Shown: one piece after another, positions 14,549 to 26,602 of the stretch
Position numbering within the stretch: position 1 is the stretch's first letter
Layout: every line of letters begins with the position of its first letter
From: the human T2T-CHM13v2.0 reference genome, Homo sapiens
Assembly (NCBI RefSeq): GCF_009914755.1
Contig: NC_060934.1
DNA length: 64,000 bases
Reading direction: 5' to 3' (one strand)
Program-made: the position numbers and the translations under genes
The notes under the pieces: generated by a model
Seen by the model: only the letters and a program-made list of their open reading frames with translations
Told to the model about the DNA's origin: nothing
Database searches by the model: none

Positions 14549-15928
14549 CTTCATGTATTTATCTACCTTTGTTCTTTGATTTTGGTGACCTTTGGATGGG
14601 GTTTTTGTGTGAATGTCCTTTTTGTTGATGTTGATGTTATTCCTTTCTGTTTGTTAGTTTTCCTTTGTTAGAAGGAAAAATGTCAGGCCCCTCTGCTTTA
14701 GGTCTGCTGGAGTTTGCTGGAGGTCCACTCCAGACTCTGTTTGCATGGGTTTCACCAGCAGAGGCTACAGAACAGCAAAGATTGCTTCCTGTTCCTTCTT
14801 CTGGAGGATTCGTCCTGGAGGGGCACCTGCTAGATGCCAGCTGGAGCTCTCCTGTATGAGGTGTCTATCGACCCCTGCTGGGAGGTGTCTCTCAGTCAGG
14901 AAGCACAGGTTAGGTACTCACTTGAGGAGGCAGTCTGTCCCTTAGCAGAGCTCGAGTGCTGTGCTGGGAGATTCGCTGCTCTCTTCAGAGCTGGCAGGCA
15001 GGAACGTTTAAGTCTGCTGAAGCTGTGCTCACAGCTGCCCCTTCCTCCAGGTGCTCTGTCCCAGGGAGATGGGAGTTTTATTGATAAGCCCCTGACTGGG
15101 ACTGCTGCCTTCCTCTCAGAGATGCACTGCCCAGAGAGGAGGAATCTAGAGAGGCAGTCTGGCTGCAGTGGCTTTGCAGAGCTGTGGTGGGCTCTGCCTA
15201 GTTTGAACTTCCCTGTGGCTTTGTGAGGGGAAAACTGCCTACTCAAGCCTCAGTAATGGTGAACGCCCCTTCCCCCACCAAGCTCAAGCATCCCACATCA
15301 ACTTCAGACTGCTGTGCTGGCAGCGGGAATTTCAAGCCAGTGGATCTTAGCTTGCTGGGCTCTGTGGGGATGGGATTTGCTGAGCTAGACCACTTGGCTC
15401 CCTGGCTTCAGTCCTCTTTCCAGGGTAGTGAACAGTTCTGTCTCACTGGCATTCCAGGTGCCACTGGGGTATGAAAAAAAACTCCTGCAGCTAGCTCAGT
15501 GTCTGCCCAAATGGCCACCAAGTTGTGCTTGAAACCCAGGGCCCTGGTGGTATAGGCCCCCAAGGGAATCTCCGGGTCTGCAGGTTGTGAAGACTGTGGG
15601 AAAAGCATAGTATCTGGGCTGGAGTGCACCATTCCTCATAGCACAATCCCTCGTGGCTTCCCTTGGCTAGGGGAGGGAGCACCCCTTGTGCTTCCCGGGT
15701 GAGGCAATGCCCCACCCTGCTTTGGCTTGCTCTCTGTGGGCTGCACCCAGTGTCTAACCAGTCCCAATGAGACGAGCCGGATTCCTCGGTTGGAAATGCA
15801 GAAATCACCCGCCTTCCATGTTGATCTCTCTGGGAGCTGCAGACCAGAGATGTTCCTATTTGGCCATCTTGCCAACCACCTCTATAATCATATTTTTCTA
15901 ATTAATAATATAAAATATGCAATGATAT

Positions 15929-16104
15929 ATATTTGGCTGGCCATATATATATGTGTATATGAGTGTGTGTGTATATATATATAGATATATATATACGTGT
16001 GTGTGTATATATGTGTGTGTGTATATATATATATGTATCTATATATATATATACACACACACATATAGAGAGATGGATCTATTTCTCTATGGCCAGCCAA
16101 ATAT
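15929..16104. repeat. TA/TG/CA microsatellite enclosed in a fold-back inverted repeat
   Basis: atatttggctggccata (15929-15945) is the exact reverse complement of 16088-16104. Confidence 0.9.
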
Positions 16105-16885
16105 GAATACTTTTTTTAAGCCTATATTTCAGTTAATACTGGTAATTTATGTTTTCCCAGGAAAAAATTTTGATTTTATTCAAGTTTTCTTATTACCAGA
16201 TGGTCGAACATAATAGTCCCTTACAATTGCTTTAGTGTCCTTTGTGTTTGGAATAAATTTTCTTTTCTGATTTCTAATTTGGGGATTGTTTTCTCATTTT
16301 GTTATTTATTCATTGACTCATTTCATAAATAAGTATTGAATGCTTAACATACAGTTATTATTGTAGGTCTTTGGAATTGTGTGGGATTTTTGTCTAGTTG
16401 GGGAGAGATAGACAATGACCAAGTGACTTAGTCCATTTTGCGTTGCTGTAAAAAAATACTTGAGACTGGGCAATTTATAATGAACATAAATGTATTGGCT
16501 CACAGTTCTGGAGGCTAAATCCAATATCAAGGCACTGGCATCTGTTGAGGGCCTTTTTGCTGTATCATCCCATGGTGGAAGGTGAATGGGAGAGAGAAAG
16601 AGAGAGAGAGAGAAAGTGGACAAAGTCACCCTTTTATAAGGAATTCACTCCTGTAAATAAGGACATTAATCTGTTCATGAAGGCAGAACCCTCATGGCTT
16701 AATCTTTGAAGTTAAACATCTTAATACCATTGCAATTAAAATTTAATCATGAGTTTTGGAGGGGACACATATTCAAACCATAGAATTATGTTCCTGGTGT
16801 CCCAAAATTCATGTTGTTCTCACATACAAAAGACATTCATTCTATCTCAGTGGCCCCCAAAGTCTTAACTCATTCCTGTATCAAC

Positions 16886-17928
16886 TCAAAAGTTCAAAAT
16901 CCAGAGTCTCTTCAAAATTAGACATGAGCAAGACTCAAGGCATGATTTATCCTGAGGCAAATTCTTCTCCATCTGTAAGCCTATGAAATTAAACAAGTAC
17001 GTGCTTCCAAAATACAATGGTGGAACAGGTATAGGATAGACATTCCTATTCCAAAAGGGAGTAATAGGAAAGAAGAAAGGGGTAACTGATCTCAAAGAAG
17101 TTCAAAACCCAACAGAGTGAACAGCATTAAATCTAAGACTTCAGAATAATCTTTGACTTCATATGCCACCTTTCGGACACACTGTGGTGGGGATTGGGCA
17201 CCCAAGGCCTTGAGGAGCTCCAGCCCTATGACTTTACTGGACTCAGCCCCAAAAGCAGCTCTCTCGGGTTGTAATCTTGTACCTGCAGTTCGCCTAGGCT
17301 GGTGTTGCATGCTGGCGGCTCTACAGTTCTGGGGTCTTGGAGGTGACCTTGCCCCCATGGCTCCATTAGGCCTAGTGGGGACTCTCTGCAGCAGCTCTGT
17401 CCTCACACTTCTCCTGGGCATTGCCCGAGTGGAGGCTCTCTGCAATGACTTCACTCCTGTGTTAAGTCTCTGCCTGTGACATCCTTTGAAATCTATGTGG
17501 AGGCACCCATGCCTTCTCAGCTCTTGCATCATGTGCACCTGCAGAATCAGCATCACATGGATGCTGCTAGGGTTTATGGCATGTACCTTCTGAAGCAGCG
17601 GGCCAAGCTGTACCTGGTCTATTTGAGCCATGGCTGGGGCGGCTGAGGAGCACTGTACTGGAATTGGGAAGCAGAGACTTGAGGCAGCCCTGGGCAGTGC
17701 AGCCCAAAGTCTGGAGGGTGCCCTAGGCCTCTCTTTTGACATATGTCCGTCCCCAGGAAGGATCTGGCACTCTGGACCTGTGGTGGGAGGGATGTCACCA
17801 ATAATGTCTGAAGTGCCTTGGGGGTCATTGACGAACAGCCTCTGGCTTCCTTCTATCCACATGAGTCTCCTTATCAAATGGTGAGTTGGCTGCACCATTG
17901 GTTTCCTCTCCTGAAAATACTCTTTCAT
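16886..17928 (-). pseudogene. MaLR internal ORF remnant
   Basis: The 278-aa ORF (17092-17928) and 69-aa ORF (16886-17095) share motifs with the THE1/MST internal ORF as I recall it, with frameshifts. Confidence 0.75.
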
Positions 17929-18747
17929 CCTCTATCACATGGCCAGGCTGAGAATCCTTCAAATCCCTAAACTGTGTTTTTCTTTTAATTATACAATTTT
18001 GTCTTTAAATAATTTTTCTCTTCTCAAAATTTAGTATACGCAGTTATGAGAAGCCCCACAGCATCCTGAATACTTCGTTGCTTAGATATTTCTTTGACCA
18101 GGTATTCTAGTTCATTTCTCTTATATTCTGCCTTTCACAAAGCACTTGGGGTGGACACAATTTAGCTAAGATCTTTGCCACTTTGTAACAAGGTGGGCTT
18201 TACTTTAGTGTCCGGTACCTTTTCTCTCATTTCAACTTGAGACCTCATCAGAATTGCCTTGACTGTCCTTATTTCTACCAACATTCTGATCATGACCACT
18301 TAGTAATCTCTAGGAAGATTCAGACTTTCCCTACAGCCCCTTTCTTCCTCTGACTCCTCCCCAGAGTTGCTCTTAATGCTCCTTTCATGGCAATACAAGC
18401 TATTTCCAGTCAGCTTCTCCAAACTCTTCCAGCCTCTACCCATTGCCCAGTTTCAAAGCTGCTTCTACATTTTCAGGTGTCTGTTATGGCACAACCACCA
18501 CTTCTTGTTACCAATTTTCTGTCTAAGTCCATTTGTGCTACTATAACAAAATACTTGAGACTGAGTGATTTATAATGAACAGAAATTCACTGGCTCACAG
18601 TTACGGAGGCTGGGAAGTCCAATATCAGGTGTCAGCATCTTTCAAGGGCCAGTCTTCTTGCTGTATTATCCCAAGGCAGAAGGGAGACGGTGAGGAAGGT
18701 GAGAGAGGGTGAGAGAAAGAGAGAGAAGAGAGGGCAAACACACCCCT

Positions 18748-19292
18748 TTCTTTTTTTGAAACTTTTATTTTTGGTTCAGGGGAACATGTGAAGGTTTGTT
18801 ACATAGGTATACTCACATCACAGTCTCCTTTTAGTTCTTTGTGGTGAAACATTAGCACAATCATGAAATTCGTTTTGGGGGCTCTGGTGTGTGAGGGAGG
18901 GGCTGCAGAGCCTCCTGCTCAGAGCACACTTTCTGGAGGCTGTGCACTTCACAGGCTGGTCAGAGAGGTGGACAACGGGCTGCTCAATGACCTGTAACAG
19001 GGATGCCAATAGGTCAGACAGTGACCCTGAGCCTGGCAACACATCAATTTAGTGTCCAGCAGTGAGCTCTCAGCCCATCCAGCCCCAACCTGATTGAGCT
19101 GCACAGGGGTGAAGGTATTTCTCTCTGATTCCCCACTGAAGCGCCCAGAGCATGAAAATCCCTTAATGTTGTACAGATTATTACATCACCCTGGTATTAA
19201 GCCCAGAACCCAATAGTTGTCTTTTCTGCACCTCTCCCTCCTCCCACCCTCCACCCTCAAGTAGACCCCAGTGTCTGTAGTTTCTTTCTTTG
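18748..19292 (-). mobile_element. Short 5'-truncated L1P (L1PA13-16-like) 3' end inserted in the MST LTR, itself interrupted
   Basis: T-rich tail, then acttttatttttggttcagggg...ctcccaccctccaccctcaagtagacccc; TSD aaacacacccct at 18736-18747 and 19293-19304. Confidence 0.88.
18819..19168 (+). repeat. Local dispersed duplication, copy A (350 bp)
   Basis: About 88% identical to 20354-20727 (about 42 mismatches by hand count; the only indel is a 24-bp tandem duplication in copy B). Confidence 0.95.
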
Positions 19293-19519
19293 AAACACAC
19301 CCCTGTCTAACAAACCCAATTCCATGATAACAGCATTAATTCATTCATGAAGGCAGAGCCCTAATGGCCTAATCACCTCTTAAAGCTCTCACCTCTTAAA
19401 ACGGTTATAATGGCAATGAAATTTCAAAATGAGTTTTTGAGAGGACAAAGATTCAAACCATAGTACCAGGCAAACATAAATGTTGTAATTTCATGTACTT
19501 ATAAGTATTATTAACAAAA

Positions 19520-19970
19520 CCTGAACAAGACAAGAGATATTTTTGATAATGAGGACATCTATAAGGAGGCGTTCTCTTCCATTTAGCAATTTCTGCTTGA
19601 TACTTAATGGTGGATAATTTGGCACATAGAGGATTATGACAGACACATGTTTATTATAGATTATGTGTTTCATTGTTATAATATGGAATTTTAATGCCTT
19701 TTAACACTTTAAAGCCAATTAGCTTTGTGATATTGTCATGGAAGCCCCTGCTTTCTTCCCATTTCTGTCCACGTGGGTCTCTGCACTGTCCCTCTCTGTT
19801 CACCTTCCTGGTTACTTTGCTGGGAAACTCTCATTTATGCAGCACATAGTAATTTTTACTCCAGTTGCATTTATCTTATTTACATATATTTTTATGGCAG
19901 AGGTACTTGCTCTTACTCTCATCCTCTTATGCTCCATTTTATATTTCTTCCAGTGGTTATTTGTATTTTC
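19520..19970 (-). mobile_element. Ancient L1M ORF2 (endonuclease region) fragment
   Basis: T-rich degenerate antisense L1 motifs (cctgctttcttcccatt..., tttatgcagcacatag). Confidence 0.5.
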
Positions 19971-20033
19971 CACATTTTGCTAAATGGTCTATAGTTTCTT
20001 TGCGTTTTCTTTTTTGTCCTAGTAATATGGTAG

Positions 20034-20352
<319 letters not shown>

Positions 20353-20353
20353 A

Positions 20354-20727
20354 CACAGTCTCTTTTTAGTTCTATGTGGGGCAATGTTACGACAATTATG
20401 AAATCCCTTTTGGTGGCTCTGGTGTGTGAGAGAGGGGCTGCAGAGCCTCCTGTTCAGAGCACACTGTCTGGAGGCTGTGCACTTCACAGGCTGTTCAGAG
20501 AGGTGGACAACAGGCTGCTCAGAGAGGTGGACAACAGGCTGCTCAATGACCTGTAACAGGACTGTTCACAGGTCAGACAGTGACCCCAAGGCTGGAAACA
20601 TACCACTTTATTGTCCAGCAGTGAGCTCCCAGCCCATCCAGCCTCAGCCTGATTGAGCTGCACAGGGGTGAAGGTGTTTCTCTCTAATCCCCCACTGAAG
20701 CGTCCAGAACATGCGAATCTCTTAATG
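20354..20727 (+). repeat. Local dispersed duplication, copy B (probable donor), with internal 24-bp tandem duplication
   Basis: Matches 18819-19168; agagaggtggacaacaggctgctc occurs twice at 20497-20544. Confidence 0.95.
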
Positions 20728-21889
20728 GAGGCTGCTGTGGCTAAGCCCCCCGGTGAGGGATGCTTTGGACTAAGAAGACAGCTGTACCCATGGGTGCCAC
20801 CTGAAACCTTTGCACCACCACTGCTGGTGAGCTCTCAATGCCAGACCTTGGACTCCAGGTAGTGAGGACTGTTCCATGTGTTTTTCAGTGTCCCAGTGTG
20901 CCTCCACCCTGCCTAATGTGAGACTGTAACAGCTTTGCATGTGCAGCGCAGGCAGGGAGGATCCTGGGAAACAGGCACTGCCTTGCCACTGCTGTCTTCA
21001 GTGCAAACCAGGATATTCCCAGGAGCACAGACTGTATGTGACTATGCCCCTTTCACTGAGCACACTGGCCCGTGGCAGGAGGACTTGCTGCCAAATAATG
21101 GCTTGGAGTCCAGGGGACCGTGATCTAGGCCACAGTGGGAGGTGAAGAGGGTGTGAGCTGAGGCGCCAGGTAGGAGGGAGATGGTGCACTCGGGGGCTCC
21201 CTGGGGGGTCAGGGGATGGGCAATGGGGCTGGAGGAGTAGGAGGGGCTGGATCTGACCTGAGAAACGCACTTTTGAGAACCCAGATTGGAGAGACAGCAT
21301 CTGTGATGAGGGGACCATTGTAATACAAGAGGAAAAATGTTGGAATGAATGAAGGCTGTGGAAATGGGCATGTTTTAGAAATCCAAAAGCAAGGAACATG
21401 GAAGGATCAGGAAATGGATTGATGGCCAGGCTGGGGGCGGAAATGCCAGGGAACGTGGGAGCTGGTGGTGCCGTTTGCTGCAGAAGGAAGCACGGGGGTT
21501 GGGCAAGGCATCGAGAGGGAGGAGTCTGGAGCTAGAGCAGCCTCATGCGAAGGATCAGGACAGGGCAGGTGGGAGCCACAGACCTTGCCACCACTGGGTT
21601 CTGGGGCTGCCCCGTGAGTGGTTCCCTGCATATGGTGTGAGAACCGGGGAGGGCAAGAGCCCCAGAGCTGCCAGGGCCCGTCCTCATGGAAAGTGGCTGT
21701 GCCAGTGGCTGCCAAGGCCAGAACTTCTTCCAGGAGACACTGCTGAGGAAGACGAACAGAAAGAATGAATTAGTGTAAGAAAAAAAGGAAGAGCAGCAGG
21801 AATGAATGGAGGAAAGAAGGAAGGAGGAAGGGGAAGGGACTTGGACTGCTTCTTATGGGCTGGGGGAGCTGTTCGTGTTATATGTCCCA

Positions 21890-22035
21890 CACGTTATCTT
21901 ATTTACTCCTTGGGGTAATCTGACATTTTTACCTTCATTTTAAAGATGAGGAAACAGAAGCCTCATGGGGGTAAGCAATGGCTGGGCCAGAATCAAACCC
22001 TGGCAATGGGACTTGTGTCTCTTAGCTCCACTGCC
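21890..22035 (-). mobile_element. MIR fragment
   Basis: cattttaaagatgaggaaacagaag...gccagaatcaaaccc. Confidence 0.7.
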
Positions 22036-23689
22036 TCTAAATGGAGATATGAATGAAACGTTGGGGGATAGGATGGACAGCATGCTCACTTACTGACTGC
22101 ACGTATAATAACAAGGTGATTGTGTTCTGAGTGGTCCTTCCTGGATTGATCTGTGCTGTCAGAAGTCAGGACAGGGGCTAGCCCTGGAAGATGTGGGGGC
22201 CAGACACACAGAAGCCTTCTGTGGCATGAGTCACATGTGTCTCAAGCTGGATGCTGGGGGCTGGGCCTGTGGTAGGGGAAGCTTCTATAATGTAAATCTG
22301 GAGTCCTACAGTCACAGCATCTTTGGGTAATTGAGACAAGGGCTGATGCAATCAGTAGAATATTAGAATGTGTCACTGAGTTAATGGACACAGTGTGCCT
22401 GGAATGCACATCACCCTAAACCCGGGGATAGATCCACTGCCGTGGGGGTGGAATCTGTTAGAACTCTCCAAGCTCCATGGGGCTCGAACTTCAGTGCCAA
22501 AGCGGGATGGGTTTGTGGCTTCAGCTCTCTGGGACACAGCTGCCAGCCTCTCCTTGTCCAGCTGGCTTCTTGAAGGTTGGGATCGGAGGCTCATCCATGC
22601 ACAAGAGCTTCTGGACACAGATTCTTTGGCTCCAGTCTTTGGTTCAAACAAAAGGCATTTTCGTAAGCCTCTGTCTTCTTGCCCTGCTTTGAGCAAGTTC
22701 AGTTCAAATTCTGAGTTGCTTTTGGCTCTGGCCAAATTCTGCTGTTCTTGGAGGTTTGCTTTGTTTCTTTTTGATGCTCTACAAGTCAAAAATTGCAACA
22801 TACACCAAGGAGAGAACATGTGGCGAAGACAATGAAAAACAGATCCGGGCCTGCCAAAGAAAGAGGTGGAAAGACAGAACCTGTCAGTTCCATACATCGT
22901 GCAGTTCTGGGTGCTCCACTCCAGAGCAAATGTGCTGGCCTGTGGATGGAATTCTTCCTGAGTGAGCCCTGCTTTTTAGATCTGGGTTCAATAAAGATAA
23001 TTCTCTTCATCCAGTGTAATCTTCAAGTGTTCCATGACTTTTTTCCCTCAAGATCTTTCACCTACTTCTTATAAAAGCAACTGAATGTTGATTTAGGTTT
23101 GGGCTGGCAATAATGATGAAAAGTTGGTGACTTGGGGCTCTATGTTCAAAAACCATCTGCATCTCACCATTGCGAGGTGGACTTGTGAATTCCTTTTTTA
23201 GTCATAAAAAACTCACAGAATTCCATGAAGGGAAGGAGCCAAGGGGCCCACCTCTCACAGAGGCTGCTGTACCAGGCGGGTAGATGATGACATTCTCGAG
23301 GGTTTGCAAGTGCTGCCAGTCTGTGAGGCTGAAGGGTGTCCACAGGAGGAGGGGGCCCTGTGTCTGCAGGCTTGTAGTCTCCAGTGAAGCAACTCAGGGA
23401 GATCCTGCTCCACATCAGAACAAAGGCTAGAAACAGGAATTTCTGACTCTGAAAATCCGGATTATAATTATAGTGGAGTGATTGAGAATACCAAGAAGTG
23501 ATTGATTCTCAGGAGGTGGAGGATACACTTTCACAGTTAATACAGCATGACAAAACAAAGCAAAACAAAAACTAACAACCTTGCCCTGTGGGGTAGAAAC
23601 AACAGAATTATCCTTCCTAACATCCTTAATTTTAAATTATATATCCACATGTATACATATTAGCCCATTTTTTTTCTCCAGAAGATTGT

Positions 23690-24140
23690 TAGTTCCCTGA
23701 GGGTGAGGCCTCTTTTTCTTTTCCCCCCACTTCTGTTTTCCAGCCATTAGTACAGTTCCTGGAAGATTGTATCTTGACAATTTATGTAGTCATTTATTTA
23801 TTTGAGTACTATTTATTGAAGGCCTTCTATCCAGTGAACACTGTTCGGAAGAATATCACAGTGAACAGAAGGGACAAGAATTCCTTCTTCCCAAGGCTTA
23901 CATTTGAAAGGCATGGGAAAAACAAAACAAAAAAAGAAACCAAATAACTAGAAGGGATTGTGGTGTAAAACCTAAATCATAACCAAGGGAGGGGCATGCA
24001 GGTCACATTTTAGTTGGCATGGTGGTTACTTAGTCTCTGAGGTCATTAAGTGGCCTGTGGTCTGAGGCAGGTGCAACGTGAGAAATCCAGAGAATCATGA
24101 GGGGGTAGGGCAGGCTTAGAAAAGGGAGAATCTGCTGCCA
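23690..24140. mobile_element. L2 3' fragments, tail-to-tail
   Basis: + strand gttccctgagggtgagg... then - strand atttattgaaggccttctatccag...cccaaggcttacattt. Confidence 0.55.
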
Positions 24141-25742
24141 GAGAGGCCAGATGCCATGAGTCCAAAGGAATCATCCCGCCCCCAGCAGACAAGCGTGGAG
24201 CCAGCCTGCTCCTCTGGCCAAAGCATTCCACCCCCGGACCTCTCCTCCAGGTACTTCCTATCCAGACGGGCAGTGGCCCCAGAGCCTGGGAAACCTGCCC
24301 CACAGGTGAGGGCAAGGGGTGTGTCTGAAGTGGGTGAGAGGCTGGTATGAGCCTTGGTTGCTGCTCTGGAAACAGGAAGAAGAGATGTGGAAGAAGAGAT
24401 GTGGGTATGGTGGATTCTGACCCTTGGCTCCCCAAAGTTCCACAGGTATGTGCAGTTTATCGGTCTCATTAAGTTCTGTGGGGGAACGGCTCTGTCAACA
24501 TCGTCCCAGAGACATCTGTTGATGCCTTAGTGTTCCCTGCGGTCAAGGTGCCTGCAGTATGGCGGAGGAGACTCATGCAGAAAATCAGAACTGTATTATC
24601 TTAGTGCCAAAACAGAAGTGGGCATTTTGACATTGCAGTGGCAAAAGGAGGACATGGTCAGCTACAGGTGGCTATCTTAGTTTATTAATAGCAAAATATT
24701 AAAAAATATTTTAAAAATTATATTTGCCTCCCAGTGGAGGGTCTTGGGTAATTGGGCAACCCAGTGCTAAAGATAGGACTGGGACTTTCATCATAAACCT
24801 TTTATACATTTGTGTTTTTTGACATTTAAAAATCAGAATATTTTCAGCTTAAAAAAAAACATAATAAGCTTCCATAGTTCTTAGAACTGGGACTGTCCAC
24901 ATCAGGAATACGTGATTTGCAATGCCAAGAAAGATGTGCTGAATTTATTCGGCAAACTAAAGAGAAAATAAAATTTATTTGAGTATTTAAAAAAACCCAG
25001 GAATGAGTGCTATGCATGCCACACACTAGCATGCCAGATAAAACAGATGTGGAGTCAGAAACTGAATGATGTGCCTCTTGACCTTTGATTTGACCTCTTG
25101 TGCCTTTGATTTTGTCATGTGTATATATTACTTATTTAAGAATTATTCATGTAATTGTAAAAGTGGATGAGGAAATGATGTAAAAACAGCTACTCCTTGT
25201 GGAAGGTTGGCCTTTGTGCTAAGTGCTGTTTGCTCCACCTCATTCCTAGAGCAGGGAGCATTTGCAGAGGCTTGGGAGGGAGTGGACGTGTCCCTGATGC
25301 TAAGGGCAGAGGAGGAGCGGGGCCCTCGGGCAGCTGGAAGGGCATCCTGAAGAGACGCCTGCCTGCCGCCGTTCTCCTGGCAGCAGGGCGCGCTGGGAAG
25401 CACCAGGCAGGAAGTGAAGAATTTCCGGTTGTCAGCGGAGGGATGGGGCGTCACCAAGTCTGTGGCAAGCACACCAAGAACCAGCTAAGTCCAAGGCTCA
25501 CCTGCATGGCAAATGGTGAAGGTAAAGTCCAGCTGCCAGCCCAAAGTAGAGCGCTTTTACAGCAAGCTGCTCTCAAATCATTTCCAAAATCAAAGTTGCT
25601 GTAGCTGCAGTCAGGGAACTTCAACAGGATGTGGGCCAGGGGTAAGACAGAAGCATATCTTTACCTGGTTCTCCATCTGGGAGATGAGCATCCCGAGGGA
25701 GAAGGACAAGACACCTCAGTAAGGACTGGTGCTCAATGTGTC

Positions 25743-25790
25743 GGGGCGTGGGGGGCGTGGGGGGCGTGGGGGCTGGGTGGGTGGGTGGTG
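25743..25790 (+). repeat. G-rich tandem repeat (GGGGGGCGT)n / G-quadruplex motif
   Basis: ggggcgtggggggcgtggggggcgtgggggctgggtgggtggg. Confidence 0.8.
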
Positions 25791-26602
25791 AGGAAGCAGG
25801 AGGGGCCAGATGGAGAAATTCGAATTGTTCCTTTTGCTGCAGACAATAGGAGCACGATAAAGTTTTCAGCAGGGGAGCCATGTGATCACATTTCTGCTTT
25901 AGAAACAAAGGGAAGAGCTCAAAATCCTGGAAAGATGATATCTGAGCTGGAAGCCCTCATTGAGTTCTGACCCTCTCCTTGTGAAGCAAGCAACTTGCCA
26001 ACATCATCAAACCCTTCATTTAAACTCAGAAGAAAAACAAAACAAAGCAAAACAATGCAACCCCCAAACCCTTCCTGTCATTGACCCTGGGTCACCGTCC
26101 TATTTCTAACAGGCACATTTTAATTACTGGCAACTCATTTTCTTGATTGGGTCTCTACAGCAGGCTGGAGTCTTTACTCTTGAAGACGCCCTCCAGCTCT
26201 GTTCTCTGGTGTCCCACTTTTTTCTTTGCTTCTTAAACTGGACCAACCCAAGGCAAAATTGTGATGCTGGTAGCACTTATTTTTTACTTCCTTACTCATA
26301 CTACGAGAACATCTGAATTAAATCTGAATTAAATTATTTACTTTAGTTATACAATAAAGTTTGGTAAAAGCAAATTATAAAAATGCACACATAGGGTGAA
26401 AGACTTAGGGTTACATATGACTGGCCTCATCTCTTAAATTAAAATACTCTCTCCCAAAAGACCTAGAGAGGTTATGTGATCCTAAACAACTAGCTGGTAG
26501 CAGAGTTAAGGCTAGAACACCTAGCTCCCAGTGTTCCTTCTCTTCTATTGTGTATACTGGCCTATTCTTCATTACATCTTTATTTTGGTATTTATTAGAG
26601 AG

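Larger units (their letters stand above)
10078..15882 (-). mobile_element. L1PA7/L1PA8-like LINE-1; 5' UTR intact, 3' end missing; inactive
   Basis: 5' end reads gaggtggttggcaagatggccaaataggaac on the - strand (YY1 site). ORF1 and ORF2 are fragmented by stops and frameshifts. Homology stops at aaagtcaggaaacaacagat, just before the CCHC domain; no 3' UTR or poly(A). Confidence 0.95.
16424..19465 (-). mobile_element. Full-length MaLR provirus (MSTC/MSTD-like LTR-int-LTR)
   Basis: Two related LTRs (16424-16785 and 18520-19465) flank an MST internal region; 5-bp TSD ccaag (16419-16423) / ccagg (19466-19470); internal peptides resemble the MaLR ORF (RVPT..., RPQN..., YPIPVPPLY.GS). Confidence 0.88.

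Noticed and set aside
22373-22897. 174-aa - strand ORF as a possible processed pseudogene
   Set aside because: No recognisable parent protein, poly(A) tail or TSD; a BLASTX hit would be needed to revive it.
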